Shown here: positions 16,236 to 30,156 of the stretch, piece by piece | Layout of the letters: each line of letters opens with the position of its first letter | How positions within the stretch are numbered: position 1 is the first letter of the stretch | DNA from: Candidatus Thermodesulfobacterium syntrophicum | GTDB taxonomy: Bacteria; Desulfobacterota; Thermodesulfobacteria; Thermodesulfobacteriales; Thermodesulfobacteriaceae | Direction: 5' to 3' | DNA length: 32,000 bases | Assembly (NCBI GenBank): GCA_029259515.1 | Contig: JAPHEG010000006.1 | Location: 42,654-74,653, forward strand | Translations under genes and position numbers: made by a program | Notes under the pieces: model-generated | What the model saw: only the letters and a program-made list of their open reading frames with translations | Told to the model about the DNA's origin: nothing | The model's database searches: none

Positions 16236-19200
16236 ATGCTATTTTATGTAGCTAAAGGCTGTCCTAATTGTCACGGTAAGATATCTGATGAAAGATTAGC
16301 TAAAGGCTTACCATGTGAAAATTGTTTATCAGAAAAAGATACATTTTCTCTTTCTGGAATTTCAGATATTTGTGAAATTCTATCTTCAAAAAATTCCTTA
16401 AAGGATTTGAAAACCTTTTGTGAGGTAGAAAAAAAGGTTGAAATTTTTAATAAAGTTTTTAAAGATATTTTAAATATACATCCTTCATCTTTGCAAATAA
16501 GCTGGGCAAAAAGATTTTTTTTAGGTGAGTCTTTTGCCATTGTTGCTCCCACTGGAACAGGAAAAACAACTTTTGGTCTAATAAGTTGTCTTCTTACTTC
16601 TAAAAAAGCTTTAATTATTGTTCCAACGAAAGTTTTGGTAAAGCAGGTAGAAGAAAAACTTAATAATTATTTAGCAAAGGGTAAAAAAGCTTCTTTTAAA
16701 AATAAATTGATTTTAGCTTACAAGGGTTCTAATAAAGAAAAAGAATTGTTAGAAAAGGGTAAATTTGATATCTTTATCTGCACATCTGCTTTTCTGCACA
16801 GGAATTTTGAATTGCTAAAAAGTATTGATTTTTCTCTTATATTTGTTGACGATGTTGATTCCTTTTTGAAAAACAGCAAAAATGTAGATAACTTATTTTT
16901 ACTTCTCGGTTTCTCAAAAAAAGAAATAGAGCTTGCTTTAAAAAGAAACAAAGAAGAAAAAGATTATGAAAATCTTCTGCGAATAAAAGAAAAACACAAA
17001 AAAAGAATAAAACAACTTATTATTTCCTCAGCAACCTTAAAACCAAAAACAAATAGGGTGCTTTTATTCCAAAATTTACTTGGTTTTGAAATAACGCGTT
17101 TTGTCTCAACTCTTAGAAAAGTTATAGATACTTATATTCCCATTAATCTAAACGATAAAAAAACTAAAAAAGAAGTATTTTACAAACTTCTTGAGGTAAC
17201 AGAAATACTTATAGGAAATTTAAAAGAAGGAGGGCTTCTCTTTATTGAAGAGGCTTTTGGAAAATCTTATGTAGAAATTGCTACAGATTACTTGAGAGAT
17301 AAAGGTTTTAAAGTTATTTCCTATTTAGAGGCAAATGAAGAAAAGCTTCTTTATGCTTTAAAAAATAAGGAAGTAGATGTAGCTATAGGGCTTTGTCACA
17401 TTGGGAATCCCTTAGTAAGAGGAATAGATATTCCTGAGGTCCTGAGATATGCCATATTTTTGGGTGTTCCAAAACACATTTTTCCACTTTCAAAAGGTAA
17501 AGAGGGATTTTCGCTTTCCCTTTCCCCTCAATTTTTATATAGTATCCTTATTTCTCTTATACCTCTTTTGGAAGAGGAAGAAAGAATAACTGCAATTTCT
17601 CATCTTAATTATCTTCGCAAGTATTTAACATTAAAAGAAGATAAGATTGTGCAATATGAAGGTCTCTATAAAAAAATTCTTTCTATAAAAGAATTTTTGG
17701 AATCTAAGCTTAATGACCCAGATTTTTTGGAAAAGCTTAAAAAAAGTGAAGAGGTTTTTTTAGAAGTTGATGAAGCGGGTAATTATTATGTTATAGTGGG
17801 AAATGCTTCTTCTTATTTGCAAGCCTCTGGAAGAGTTTCAAGACTAACAACTCGTGGACTCCTTCCCGGACTTTCTATCATTCTGGTTGACAATTTTAAA
17901 GCTCTAAACAGCCTAAAAAAGAGATTGCGCTTTTATTTGGGAGATGAAGCTGAATTTAAAGAAATAGACTTAAAAGATGCTTTGAATCTGAATATAGAAG
18001 TAAAAAATGAACGTCAAAAATTAAGTAAAGAAAAAATAGATTTTAAAAATTACCTTTTAATTGTTGAATCTCCTCACAAAGCCAAAACAATTGCCAACTT
18101 TTTTGGCAAACCTTCTGTTAGAAGAATCAAAAATGTTTGGGTTTATGAAATACCTATGGAAAATACTCTTTTATCTGTATGCGCTTCCTTGGGACATGTA
18201 TTTGATCTTTCAAGAAAAAAAGGAATTTTTGGAGTTCTTCAAGAAAACAGCCATTTTTATCCAGTTTTTAATACTATCAAAATTGACAAAAAAAACAAAG
18301 AGCAATTTGTAGATGATGAAGAAATAAAAAATAGGAACGAAATTTTTGACAAAGGAGAAATTATAGAAGTTTTAAGAACTCTTTCTTTTTGCGCAGATCA
18401 GACTTTTATAGCTTCTGATCCTGATGCAGAGGGAGAAAAAATTGCTTATGATCTTTATTCCAGTTTAAAACCCTTTCAAACTAACATAAAAAGGCTTGAA
18501 TTTCACGAAGTTACAGAAAGAGCCTTAAGAAAAGCTTTAGAAAATCCTCAGGAAATAAACATAACAAGAGTAAAAGCTCAGCTGGCACGAAGAGTTGCAG
18601 ACAGATGGGTAGGTTTTTCTCTATCTCAACAGCTGTGGAAAATTTTCAAAAAATCCCGTTTATCTGCCGGTAGAGTTCAAACCCCTGTTTTAGGTTGGAT
18701 TATAGAAAGGGCAAAACTTGCTAAACAATATAAGTATAAGATTTCGTTTAGTTTAAATGGACATAAATTTAGTATTGAAATTAACGAAGAAAGTCTTGCT
18801 AAAAAAATACTTGAAGAACTTCCAAAAAAATTAAAAATAACAGAAAAAGAAAGATTTGAAGATGAACTTTCTCCCCCACCTCCTTATACTACAGATACTA
18901 TTTTAGAGGATGCTTTTCATTTTTTTAGATTTTCCTCTTCTTACACAATGCAACTTCTACAGGAACTTTTTGAACTTGGACTTATTACTTATCACAGAAC
19001 AGACTCCACTAGAATTTCAGAAGTTGGACGTTATCAAGTAGCTAAGCCTTATATCACTCAAGTTTTAGGAGAAAATTTCTTTAACCCCAGGGAATGGAAA
19101 AGTGAAGGTGCCCATGAGGGTATAAGACCAACAAAACCTTGGGATCTTGCAGAAATCAAGTTAAGGATTGCACATGGTCTTTTAACTTTTAAAAATCCAA

Positions 19201-19763
19201 AAGATAGTTTTAAACTATATGATACTATCTTTAGAAGATTTATGGCAAGTCAAACAAGAAAAACCAAAGTATTAAAAGGTCTTTTTGAGTTTAAACTCCC
19301 TTCCTATTCCTGGGAAGAATCCTTAATTTTAAATATAATTCAGTCTGGATATGAATTTTTCTGGACAAAACCTCAAATTTTTAAAATGAACGACTCCATC
19401 TATCCAGAAAATATTCAATACAACAAAGTTCCGAAAGTCTTTCTTTACAATCAAGGAACTCTTATTCAGGAAATGAAAAAAAGAGGGCTTGGACGACCCT
19501 CAACTTATGCAGAAATAGTATCAACCTTACTACAAAGATACTATGTTTATGAACTTAAAAACGGAAGTCTGGTGCCTACATCTTTGGGAAAGGAAGTCTA
19601 TACATATTTAAAAAACAATTATGGCGAATATGTTTCTGAAGATTTCACAAGGGAGTTAGAAAAATTTATGGATGAAGTAGAGGAAGGTAAAAAGGAATGG
19701 GAAGAAATTTGCTTTAAACTTCTTCCTCTCTTAAACCTTTCAAACACTATAACCTCAAATTAA
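16236..19763 (+). CDS. rgy: reverse gyrase
   Basis: 1175 aa. N-terminal zinc finger CPNCHG...CENC. Helicase-like module with Walker A APTGTGKTT and FVDDVDS. Type IA topoisomerase module starting at LLIVESPHKAKTIANFFG (Toprim, about nt 18050). Active-site Tyr context LITYHRTDSTR. Confidence 0.95.
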   Translation: MLFYVAKGCPNCHGKISDERLAKGLPCENCLSEKDTFSLSGISDICEILSSKNSLKDLKTFCEVEKKVEIFNKVFKDILNIHPSSLQISWAKRFFLGESFAIVAPTGTGKTTFGLISCLLTSKKALIIVPTKVLVKQVEEKLNNYLAKGKKASFKNKLILAYKGSNKEKELLEKGKFDIFICTSAFLHRNFELLKSIDFSLIFVDDVDSFLKNSKNVDNLFLLLGFSKKEIELALKRNKEEKDYENLLRIKEKHKKRIKQLIISSATLKPKTNRVLLFQNLLGFEITRFVSTLRKVIDTYIPINLNDKKTKKEVFYKLLEVTEILIGNLKEGGLLFIEEAFGKSYVEIATDYLRDKGFKVISYLEANEEKLLYALKNKEVDVAIGLCHIGNPLVRGIDIPEVLRYAIFLGVPKHIFPLSKGKEGFSLSLSPQFLYSILISLIPLLEEEERITAISHLNYLRKYLTLKEDKIVQYEGLYKKILSIKEFLESKLNDPDFLEKLKKSEEVFLEVDEAGNYYVIVGNASSYLQASGRVSRLTTRGLLPGLSIILVDNFKALNSLKKRLRFYLGDEAEFKEIDLKDALNLNIEVKNERQKLSKEKIDFKNYLLIVESPHKAKTIANFFGKPSVRRIKNVWVYEIPMENTLLSVCASLGHVFDLSRKKGIFGVLQENSHFYPVFNTIKIDKKNKEQFVDDEEIKNRNEIFDKGEIIEVLRTLSFCADQTFIASDPDAEGEKIAYDLYSSLKPFQTNIKRLEFHEVTERALRKALENPQEINITRVKAQLARRVADRWVGFSLSQQLWKIFKKSRLSAGRVQTPVLGWIIERAKLAKQYKYKISFSLNGHKFSIEINEESLAKKILEELPKKLKITEKERFEDELSPPPPYTTDTILEDAFHFFRFSSSYTMQLLQELFELGLITYHRTDSTRISEVGRYQVAKPYITQVLGENFFNPREWKSEGAHEGIRPTKPWDLAEIKLRIAHGLLTFKNPKDSFKLYDTIFRRFMASQTRKTKVLKGLFEFKLPSYSWEESLILNIIQSGYEFFWTKPQIFKMNDSIYPENIQYNKVPKVFLYNQGTLIQEMKKRGLGRPSTYAEIVSTLLQRYYVYELKNGSLVPTSLGKEVYTYLKNNYGEYVSEDFTRELEKFMDEVEEGKKEWEEICFKLLPLLNLSNTITSN

Positions 19764-19832
19764 GCAAGTTGCTTTTTGTCTTTTTTATATTATATTCTTC
19801 TTGTTATATCTCTACTAATGTAGGAGGAAAGA

Positions 19833-20738
19833 ATGAAATTTAAAAATGTTATATTGGGTGTATTTCTAACTATTCTTATTTATCTTTTACTTTCTTTAAG
19901 TAAGAAAACTTTTCTTCCAGAAAATAGTCTTCTTTTTGGTATAACAACTTTTATTTATTTAGGTGCAGGGTTAATATACTTAATTTATTGGATATTTAAG
20001 TGGGAAAAAGCACCTTTTTTTGGATCAACCATTGGTTGGGCAGGATTTTTTTTAAATATTTTAGCCTTTTTTATAAGATGGATACAAACTCACCAAGCTG
20101 GTTTTGGATATATTCCTCTTTCCAATTTATATGAATCTTTGGTTTTTTTTGGATTGTGTATCTCTGGAGTTTATTTATTTTTGGAGTTTAAACTCCCTAC
20201 TAAGTTTTTTGGAAGTCTTGTTTTTTTAATAGCAGGTTTTGTTCTTGCTTATGCATCATTAAAAGCAAGTTCAGAAATAAGACCTTTGATTCCTGCTTTA
20301 AAAAGTAACTGGCTTGTTGTCCATGTAATAACCTGTTTTTTAGGCTATGGTGCTTTTGCTGTGGCTTTTGCTTTAGGAATTTTTTACTTAATAAGTGATA
20401 AAGGAAATTTAAAAAATTATCTTCCTTCTAAAACTACCTTAGATAATCTCATTTATAAACTTATTCTTTTTGGTTTCTTCTGGCTCACCTTAGGAATTAT
20501 TACTGGTGCTGTGTGGGCAGATCAAGCTTGGGGAAGCTACTGGAGCTGGGACCCCAAAGAAACATGGTCTTTAATTACTTGGCTAATATATGGAGGAACT
20601 ATCCATGCCCGTGTAACCCGAGGATGGAGCGGTAAAAAACTTGCATGGTTAAGTATTATCGGTTTTGCCTCTGTCATGTTTACCTATTTTGGGGTAAACT
20701 TCTTTTTATCAGGATTACACAGTTATGCTACTTCTTAA
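19833..20738 (+). CDS. ccsA: cytochrome c biogenesis protein CcsA/ResC (system II heme handling)
   Basis: Polytopic membrane protein with the Trp-rich WWD motif WGSYWSWDPKETWSLITWLIY. SD AGGAGG lies upstream of the ATG. Confidence 0.85.
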   Translation: MKFKNVILGVFLTILIYLLLSLSKKTFLPENSLLFGITTFIYLGAGLIYLIYWIFKWEKAPFFGSTIGWAGFFLNILAFFIRWIQTHQAGFGYIPLSNLYESLVFFGLCISGVYLFLEFKLPTKFFGSLVFLIAGFVLAYASLKASSEIRPLIPALKSNWLVVHVITCFLGYGAFAVAFALGIFYLISDKGNLKNYLPSKTTLDNLIYKLILFGFFWLTLGIITGAVWADQAWGSYWSWDPKETWSLITWLIYGGTIHARVTRGWSGKKLAWLSIIGFASVMFTYFGVNFFLSGLHSYATS

Positions 20739-22618
20739 TTTGATAGAGTTGTATTTGAAAAAATCTTTGACAACTCTTCAAAGGGAATGTAAATAGGAAA
20801 TTCTTGATATTCATGAACTGTTCCCTGCATTACACTTAACCATAAAGGACAAGCAACTCTTCCTCCTGTTTCTCCTCTTCTTAAGGTTTTATCTTTATCA
20901 TATCCTACCCAAACTCCACAGGTATAACGAGGTGTATAACCAACAAACCAGGCATCTTTATATTCTTGAGTAGTTCCAGTTTTCCCTGCCACAGGTACCC
21001 CTAAAGCCTTTGCACATTTCCCTGTTCCATATTGCACTACTGACTGCATAAATCCATTCATCACATAAGCAGTATGGGCTGAAATTACAGGTTTATTCTC
21101 TGAGGAGTATTGGTATAAAATTTTAGATGAATTGTAAATTTTATCATATATCTTTTCAATAAAATGTGGCTTTATAAGAACTCCCATATTAGGAAAAATA
21201 GTATATGCTCTTGTTAGTTCTAATAAAGTAACTTCATAGGTTCCCAGGGCTATACTGTAATTAATAGGCTGATTAAATTGGAACTCCAATTTTTTTACCA
21301 TTTCTTCAATTTTTTTAAGACCAGTTAAAAGTGCAATTCTTACAGATACAGTATTTCTTGAATAAGCTAAAGCATCCTTTAGATTTATTGGTCCCATATA
21401 TTTATTATCATAATTTCTTGGGCTCCAATCTTTACCATTATCAGCTCCAGGTATAGTTATAGGCTCATCTGGAATTATAGAATCTGGAAGAAGAATTCCA
21501 CCATCTATAGCAGTAGCCCATATAAATGGTTTAAAAGCTGACCCTGGTTGCCTTTTAGCAAAAATAGCTCTATTATATGATGATTCTCTATAATCTTTCC
21601 CTCCGATTAAAATCCTTACTCCTCCATCTTCATTATTCAAACACACTACAGCAAATTCAGGAACCTCTTTATGGGAGGAAAATAGTTTGTTTAAAGTTCT
21701 AATAGAGTTTTCATAAGCTCTTTTTATCCATTCCAAATCCAAAGTGGTTTGAATTTTCAGTCCACCCTGTTCAACTACCTTAGGAGGAAGTATTTGAGAT
21801 AATTCTTCTTTAACAGCATCTATAAAATAAGCTGCATAAAGAGGAATATTTACATTTTTAGGATTTAATACAAGAGGTTGAGTGGAAACATACTTAGCAG
21901 TGTCCCAGGAAATATATCCAACTTCAGCCATTCTTCTTAACACATAATTCCTGCGAGCTATAGCAAGTTTAGGGTTCCTTAAAGGACTGTATCTTGATGG
22001 TGCAGGGGGAAGACCAGCAATAGTTGCAGCTTCATTTAAATCAAGTTCCCAAACATGCTTGTTAAAATAGGTTAAAGCTGCTGCCTCTACTCCATACGCT
22101 CCTTCTCCTAAATAGATATGATTTAAATAAATAGTTAATATTTCATTTTTAGTAAGATGTTTTTCTATTTGCCAAGCAAGAATGATTTCTTTTATTTTTC
22201 TTTGAATAGTTCTTTCTGGAGTAAGTAAAAGCGCTCTCACTACCTGTTGAGTAATAGTGCTTCCACCTTGAACAATCTTTCCATGAATAATATTTTTATA
22301 AAGGGCTCTCAATACACTTAGAAAGTCTATCCCCTTATGTTTATAAAAATTGGCATCTTCAGCCGCAATAAATGCTTTTCTCACATGAGGAGGAATTTTC
22401 TCTAAAGGAACAAAAATTCTTCTTTTTTTGCCAATATACCCTATAACCTCTCCATTGACATCTAATACAATATTAGTCTGTTGTGGTCTATAGTTTTTCA
22501 GTTGAGATATACTTGGAAGAGTAATTTTAAGATAAAGGAAAAAGACCAAAAATAGAATTCCCAAAAATAAGGTAAAAACCAAAAAGAGGGTTGCTGTTAG
22601 CTTTAAAAGGGACTTCAT
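20735..22618 (-). CDS. mrcA: penicillin-binding protein 1A family (bifunctional transglycosylase/transpeptidase)
   Basis: N-terminal TM helix. GT51 motifs AAEDANFYKHKGID and GGSTITQQ. Transpeptidase motifs SAFKPF (SxxK) and KTGTT. Confidence 0.9.
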   Translation of the reverse strand: MKSLLKLTATLFLVFTLFLGILFLVFFLYLKITLPSISQLKNYRPQQTNIVLDVNGEVIGYIGKKRRIFVPLEKIPPHVRKAFIAAEDANFYKHKGIDFLSVLRALYKNIIHGKIVQGGSTITQQVVRALLLTPERTIQRKIKEIILAWQIEKHLTKNEILTIYLNHIYLGEGAYGVEAAALTYFNKHVWELDLNEAATIAGLPPAPSRYSPLRNPKLAIARRNYVLRRMAEVGYISWDTAKYVSTQPLVLNPKNVNIPLYAAYFIDAVKEELSQILPPKVVEQGGLKIQTTLDLEWIKRAYENSIRTLNKLFSSHKEVPEFAVVCLNNEDGGVRILIGGKDYRESSYNRAIFAKRQPGSAFKPFIWATAIDGGILLPDSIIPDEPITIPGADNGKDWSPRNYDNKYMGPINLKDALAYSRNTVSVRIALLTGLKKIEEMVKKLEFQFNQPINYSIALGTYEVTLLELTRAYTIFPNMGVLIKPHFIEKIYDKIYNSSKILYQYSSENKPVISAHTAYVMNGFMQSVVQYGTGKCAKALGVPVAGKTGTTQEYKDAWFVGYTPRYTCGVWVGYDKDKTLRRGETGGRVACPLWLSVMQGTVHEYQEFPIYIPFEELSKIFSNTTLSN

Positions 22619-22665
22619 GATTGATGGTTAATGATAATCAATTTTGTGAAAATTACAAGAAGCTT

Positions 22666-22682
22666 GGAAAAAATAAAAAAAT
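22666..22682 (-). terminator. T-rich tract following 5S rRNA (possible end of the rrn operon)
   Basis: The minus strand reads CCCGGG-ATTTTTTTATTTTTTCC immediately after the GC-rich 3' end of 5S. I could not define a separate local hairpin. Confidence 0.3.
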
Positions 22683-22800
22683 CCCGGGCACCGACCTACT
22701 CTCCCAGGGCGGTAACGCCCCAGTACCATCGGCCCTGGAGGGCTTAACGACCGTGTTCGAAATGGGAACGGGTGTTTCCCCTCCGGTATAGGCACCCGGG
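22683..22800 (-). rRNA. rrf: 5S ribosomal RNA
   Basis: The reverse complement reads CCCGGGTGCCTATACCGGAGGGGAAACACCCGTTCCCATTTCGAACACGGTCGTTAAGCCC...GCCGATGGTACTGGGG...GGGAGAGTAGGTCGGTGCCCGGG, with canonical 5S conserved blocks. Confidence 0.9.
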
Positions 22801-22817
22801 AAATCTAAATATTTTTA

Positions 22818-22860
22818 ACAAGTGAATAGGGTATCCTTTGGAACTTTTAAGCTGGTACTG
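22818..22860 (-). repeat. 3' arm of the 23S rRNA processing stem
   Basis: ACAAGTGAATAGGGTATCCTTTGG..TTTAAGCTGGT is the near-perfect inverted complement of 25891-25937. Confidence 0.6.
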
Positions 22861-22861
22861 C

Positions 22862-25890
<3,029 letters not shown>

Positions 25891-25937
25891 ACAGGAACCA
25901 GCTTAAAGATGCCAAAGGATACCCCTATTCACTTGTC
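25891..25937 (-). repeat. 5' arm of the 23S rRNA processing stem
   Basis: Inverted complement of 22818-22860, with one internal mismatch loop. Expected RNase III-type processing helix. Confidence 0.6.
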
Positions 25938-25944
25938 AAAGATC
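25933..25944 (-). promoter_or_regulatory. boxA-like antitermination motif upstream of 23S
   Basis: The minus strand reads GATCTTTGACAA, related to the boxA consensus (T/G)(G/T)CTCTTTAACAA / GTTCTTTGAAAA. Confidence 0.4.
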
Positions 25945-25969
25945 TATTTTGCCACCACTTGTCAAAAAG

Positions 25970-26045
25970 TGGTGGAGGTGAACGGATTCGAACCGTCGAC
26001 CTCCGGCTTGCAAAGCCGGCGCTCTCCCAACTGAGCTACACCCCC
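25970..26045 (-). tRNA. tRNA-Ala (anticodon TGC), CCA encoded
   Basis: The reverse complement is GGGGGTGTAGCTCAGTTGGGAGAGCGCCGGCTTTGCAAGCCGGAGGTCGACGGTTCGAATCCGTTCACCTCCACCA. The G3:U70 identity pair is present and the anticodon loop is TTTGCAA. Confidence 0.95.
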
Positions 26046-26056
26046 ACACTAAAAAA

Positions 26057-26132
<76 letters not shown>

Positions 26133-26160
26133 ATCGGTTCAAATCCGTTCACCTTCAATA

Positions 26161-26173
26161 TTTTCAAAGAACA
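26161..26173 (-). promoter_or_regulatory. boxA-like antitermination motif in the 16S-tRNA spacer
   Basis: The minus strand reads TGTTCTTTGAAAA, a very close match to the Gram-positive-type rrn boxA (TGTTCTTTGAAAA). Confidence 0.5.
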
Positions 26174-26181
26174 AAATTTAT

Positions 26182-26197
26182 ATTGAATAGCGCCCGC
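26182..26197 (-). repeat. 3' arm of the 16S rRNA processing stem
   Basis: ATTGAATAGCGCCCGC is the inverted complement (one mismatch) of GCGGACGCTATTCAAT at 27882-27897. Confidence 0.55.
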
Positions 26198-26218
26198 TGG
26201 GACTCCTTCTTTCTCCTT

Positions 26219-27803
<1,585 letters not shown>

Positions 27804-27881
27804 AACTTGTCCCGGCTCAACCCAGCTACTTTAAAATGTAGCTGGACCGGCCGCAAGTTTCAAAACTTGTAGAGCCCCAAT

Positions 27882-27897
27882 GCGGACGCTATTCAAT
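27882..27897 (-). repeat. 5' arm of the 16S rRNA processing stem
   Basis: GCGGACGCTATTCAAT pairs with 26182-26197 across the whole 16S. Confidence 0.55.
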
Positions 27898-27908
27898 TTT
27901 CAAAGATC
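27897..27908 (-). promoter_or_regulatory. boxA-like antitermination motif in the rrn leader
   Basis: The minus strand reads GATCTTTGAAAA, directly 5' of the 16S processing-stem arm. Confidence 0.45.
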
Positions 27909-27947
27909 ATTATCAACTTCAAAAGATCTTAATAACTGCAACTTAAA

Positions 27948-27976
27948 ATTATAATCCTAATTCTTCTTTTTGTCAA
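27948..27976 (-). promoter_or_regulatory. rrn operon promoter (consensus sigma70 type)
   Basis: The minus strand reads TTGACA (27976-27971), a 17-nt spacer, then TATAAT (27953-27948). Both hexamers are perfect consensus with optimal spacing, about 145 nt upstream of mature 16S, in AT-rich flanks. Confidence 0.6.
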
Positions 27977-28041
27977 GATAAGCTTTAAGATTTTAAACTT
28001 GTTTCACCTGAGCTATTTAAAGATCTAAACAACAATATAAA

Positions 28042-28069
28042 AATGTAACCTCATATTTTTTTTTGTCAA
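28042..28069 (-). promoter_or_regulatory. possible second (upstream) rrn promoter
   Basis: The minus strand reads TTGACA (28069-28064), a 16-nt spacer, then TACATT (28047-28042). This would give a tandem P1/P2 arrangement as in many rrn operons. Confidence 0.3.
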
Positions 28070-28092
28070 GGTACTTTTTTAAATTTTTAAAG

Positions 28093-29346
28093 CTAAAAAG
28101 TTATACAGTTTTTCCCTTTATTCTTTGATTCATAGAGTTTGCGATCTGAAGAAATTAACATCTCCTTTAAAGAATCTTTAAGCTCTAACTCCACTCCCAT
28201 AGAAATAGTATATCTTATATCTAACCCTTCTGAATTTTTAGAAATCCTCAACATATTTTCCTCTATATATTTTCTAAATCTTTCCAAATATTCTAACAGC
28301 CTTTCTTTATCCTCATAGCCTATGAGTAATGTAAACTCTTCTCCTCCTGTGCGAGCAATTAAATCATTTTTTCTTCTAAAAAAACTTCTTAAATGCTTAG
28401 CAAAGTCCTTTAAAACCTCATCTCCTATGTCGTGCCCATAACTATCATTAATCCTTTTAAAATCATCTATATCTGTAACTACACAAGCTAAATTAGATTT
28501 GCTTCTCTGAGCATTTTTCCACAATTTTGGAGCTTCTTCAAAGAAATATCTTCTATTCCTAAGTCCTGTAAGTGGATCTCTAAAAGCGTAAAATTCCAAT
28601 TCCTGTATAATATTTAACATTTCTATGGTGTTGTTTATTCTCACCATAAATTCTTCTTTACTAAAAGGTTTGCTAATAAAATCATTTGCACCTGCCTTTA
28701 AAAGAATAGGTATCATGTTAGTTTTAATCATTCCTGATACAACAACAATTCCTACTTCCTCTTTCCTAAATTTCTCTCTGATAGAATATATAAGCTCTAC
28801 AGTATCTTCTTCTGGCAAAAAATAGTCCAAAACTATTAACTTTACATCTGTATTTTTTTCTAAAATCTCTAAAGCTTCTGACCCTTTTCCTGCTTCAAAT
28901 ACCTGAAAAAGCATATTCTCTAAAATTTTTTTCATCAAAGTTCTGTCAGTTTTAGAATCGTCTATTACAAGAACTTTACTTTTTCTGTTTCTTAAGGCCC
29001 TTGAAATAGTATAAATTATATGTTCTGCTATATTTGGTGTTCCTTTGACAAGATAATCAATTACATTTTTCTCAAGTATCTTTTCTCTAATTCTTTCATC
29101 ATAAGAGGCGGTTAAAACAATTGTTGGGACTTTGTTTTCTATTAAAAAATCTATAGCTTCTCCGTGTTCAGCATCTGGAAGATGATAATCACAAATAGCT
29201 AATAAAAATGAATTTCTACTCAATAAACTTTTTAATTCTTCAAAACTCTTTGCTTGTTCTGTGGATAATCTTATCTTTTTTGAGATTAACTTAGAAAGAA
29301 CTTTTAAAACTATTTTATCATCATCAACTAAAAGTATCTTAGACAT
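28093..29346 (-). CDS. PleD-like response regulator diguanylate cyclase (REC-REC-GGDEF)
   Basis: Two receiver domains (KILLVDDD...CDYHLPD and KVLVIDDS...VLDYFLPE). The GGDEF domain has the active-site motif ARTGGEEF and an RxxD I-site (RKND) five residues upstream. Confidence 0.85.
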   Translation of the reverse strand: MSKILLVDDDKIVLKVLSKLISKKIRLSTEQAKSFEELKSLLSRNSFLLAICDYHLPDAEHGEAIDFLIENKVPTIVLTASYDERIREKILEKNVIDYLVKGTPNIAEHIIYTISRALRNRKSKVLVIDDSKTDRTLMKKILENMLFQVFEAGKGSEALEILEKNTDVKLIVLDYFLPEEDTVELIYSIREKFRKEEVGIVVVSGMIKTNMIPILLKAGANDFISKPFSKEEFMVRINNTIEMLNIIQELEFYAFRDPLTGLRNRRYFFEEAPKLWKNAQRSKSNLACVVTDIDDFKRINDSYGHDIGDEVLKDFAKHLRSFFRRKNDLIARTGGEEFTLLIGYEDKERLLEYLERFRKYIEENMLRISKNSEGLDIRYTISMGVELELKDSLKEMLISSDRKLYESKNKGKNCITF

Positions 29347-29421
29347 TTTGGTTCTCTTGCTTATTATCTAATTTTAATTATCTTTAATTTCAAATCAAAC
29401 ATATTTAATTTAAAATTCAAT

Positions 29422-30090
29422 ATGTTTTATTTCTTAGGAATAGATATTGCTGGAAGTAAAAATACATGGGTTGTAGCTTTAAAAAGTAAAAAAGATTTCT
29501 TGGAATTATCTCCATTATTGTCTTTAGACTTTCCTTCTGATCCATCTTCCATAAAAGATTTTTCTCCAATAATAAACTTTTGTCAAAAAAATAAAGTCTT
29601 GGCAGCAGCATTTGATGCTCCTCTAAGCTTTTCTTTAAAAGATAAAAGTGGTTTTAGAGTGTCAGATAAGGCTCTGAAAGAGCTTCTTCCTAAAAAAGCA
29701 AAATCTTGGGTAGTTTCTTATCACACACTTATGGCTGTTCCTATAAGAGCACTACTTCTCAGTGAACTTCTTTCTCCTTTTTGTGGAACTATAATTGAAA
29801 CCCATCCAAGAGCAAGTCTTTACTTTTGTTTACCTGAAGATAAAAAAGGGCTTTCTTTTACCTATAAAAAGAATTTTTCAGAAGAAGATAAAAATTTTTT
29901 GAGTAACTGGATAAAAACAAAATTTAATCTTATTATAAACTTCAGTGTTAAGCTTACTGAAGGTATTTTAGATGCTATAATGTGTGCTTTAGCTGGATAT
30001 TTTTACCATAAAATGCCAGAAAAACTTATATTTTTACCTACAAACGATAATTCCAAAGGTTTTGGCCCTTTTGTAGTTATACGCTTTTGA
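29422..30090 (+). CDS. hypothetical protein, DUF429-like (predicted RNase H-fold protein)
   Basis: The pattern FLGIDIAGSKNTW...AFDAPLSF...FRVSDKALKELL...ETHPRAS...LDAIMCALAGY resembles the DUF429 family as I recall it. No obvious SD, so the start is uncertain. Confidence 0.45.
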   Translation: MFYFLGIDIAGSKNTWVVALKSKKDFLELSPLLSLDFPSDPSSIKDFSPIINFCQKNKVLAAAFDAPLSFSLKDKSGFRVSDKALKELLPKKAKSWVVSYHTLMAVPIRALLLSELLSPFCGTIIETHPRASLYFCLPEDKKGLSFTYKKNFSEEDKNFLSNWIKTKFNLIINFSVKLTEGILDAIMCALAGYFYHKMPEKLIFLPTNDNSKGFGPFVVIRF

Positions 30091-30156
30091 AATTCTTTTA
30101 AAATTTAAAAAGTAATTTAAAATATCTATTTAAACAAAATTTGAGAGGTTAAAAAT

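Noticed and set aside
16271-18312. ORFs 16271-16552 (-), 16718-16951 (-) and 18061-18312 (+, alternative frame) within reverse gyrase.
   Set aside because: They are embedded in the 1175-aa reverse gyrase ORF, whose motifs run continuously through these regions. No independent support.
25951-25975. Hairpin CCACCACT-TGTCAAAA-AGTGGTGG overlapping the encoded CCA end of tRNA-Ala.
   Set aside because: It is real in the sequence, but most simply explained as trailer pairing in the rRNA precursor next to the 23S processing stem. There is no reason to invoke a separate element.
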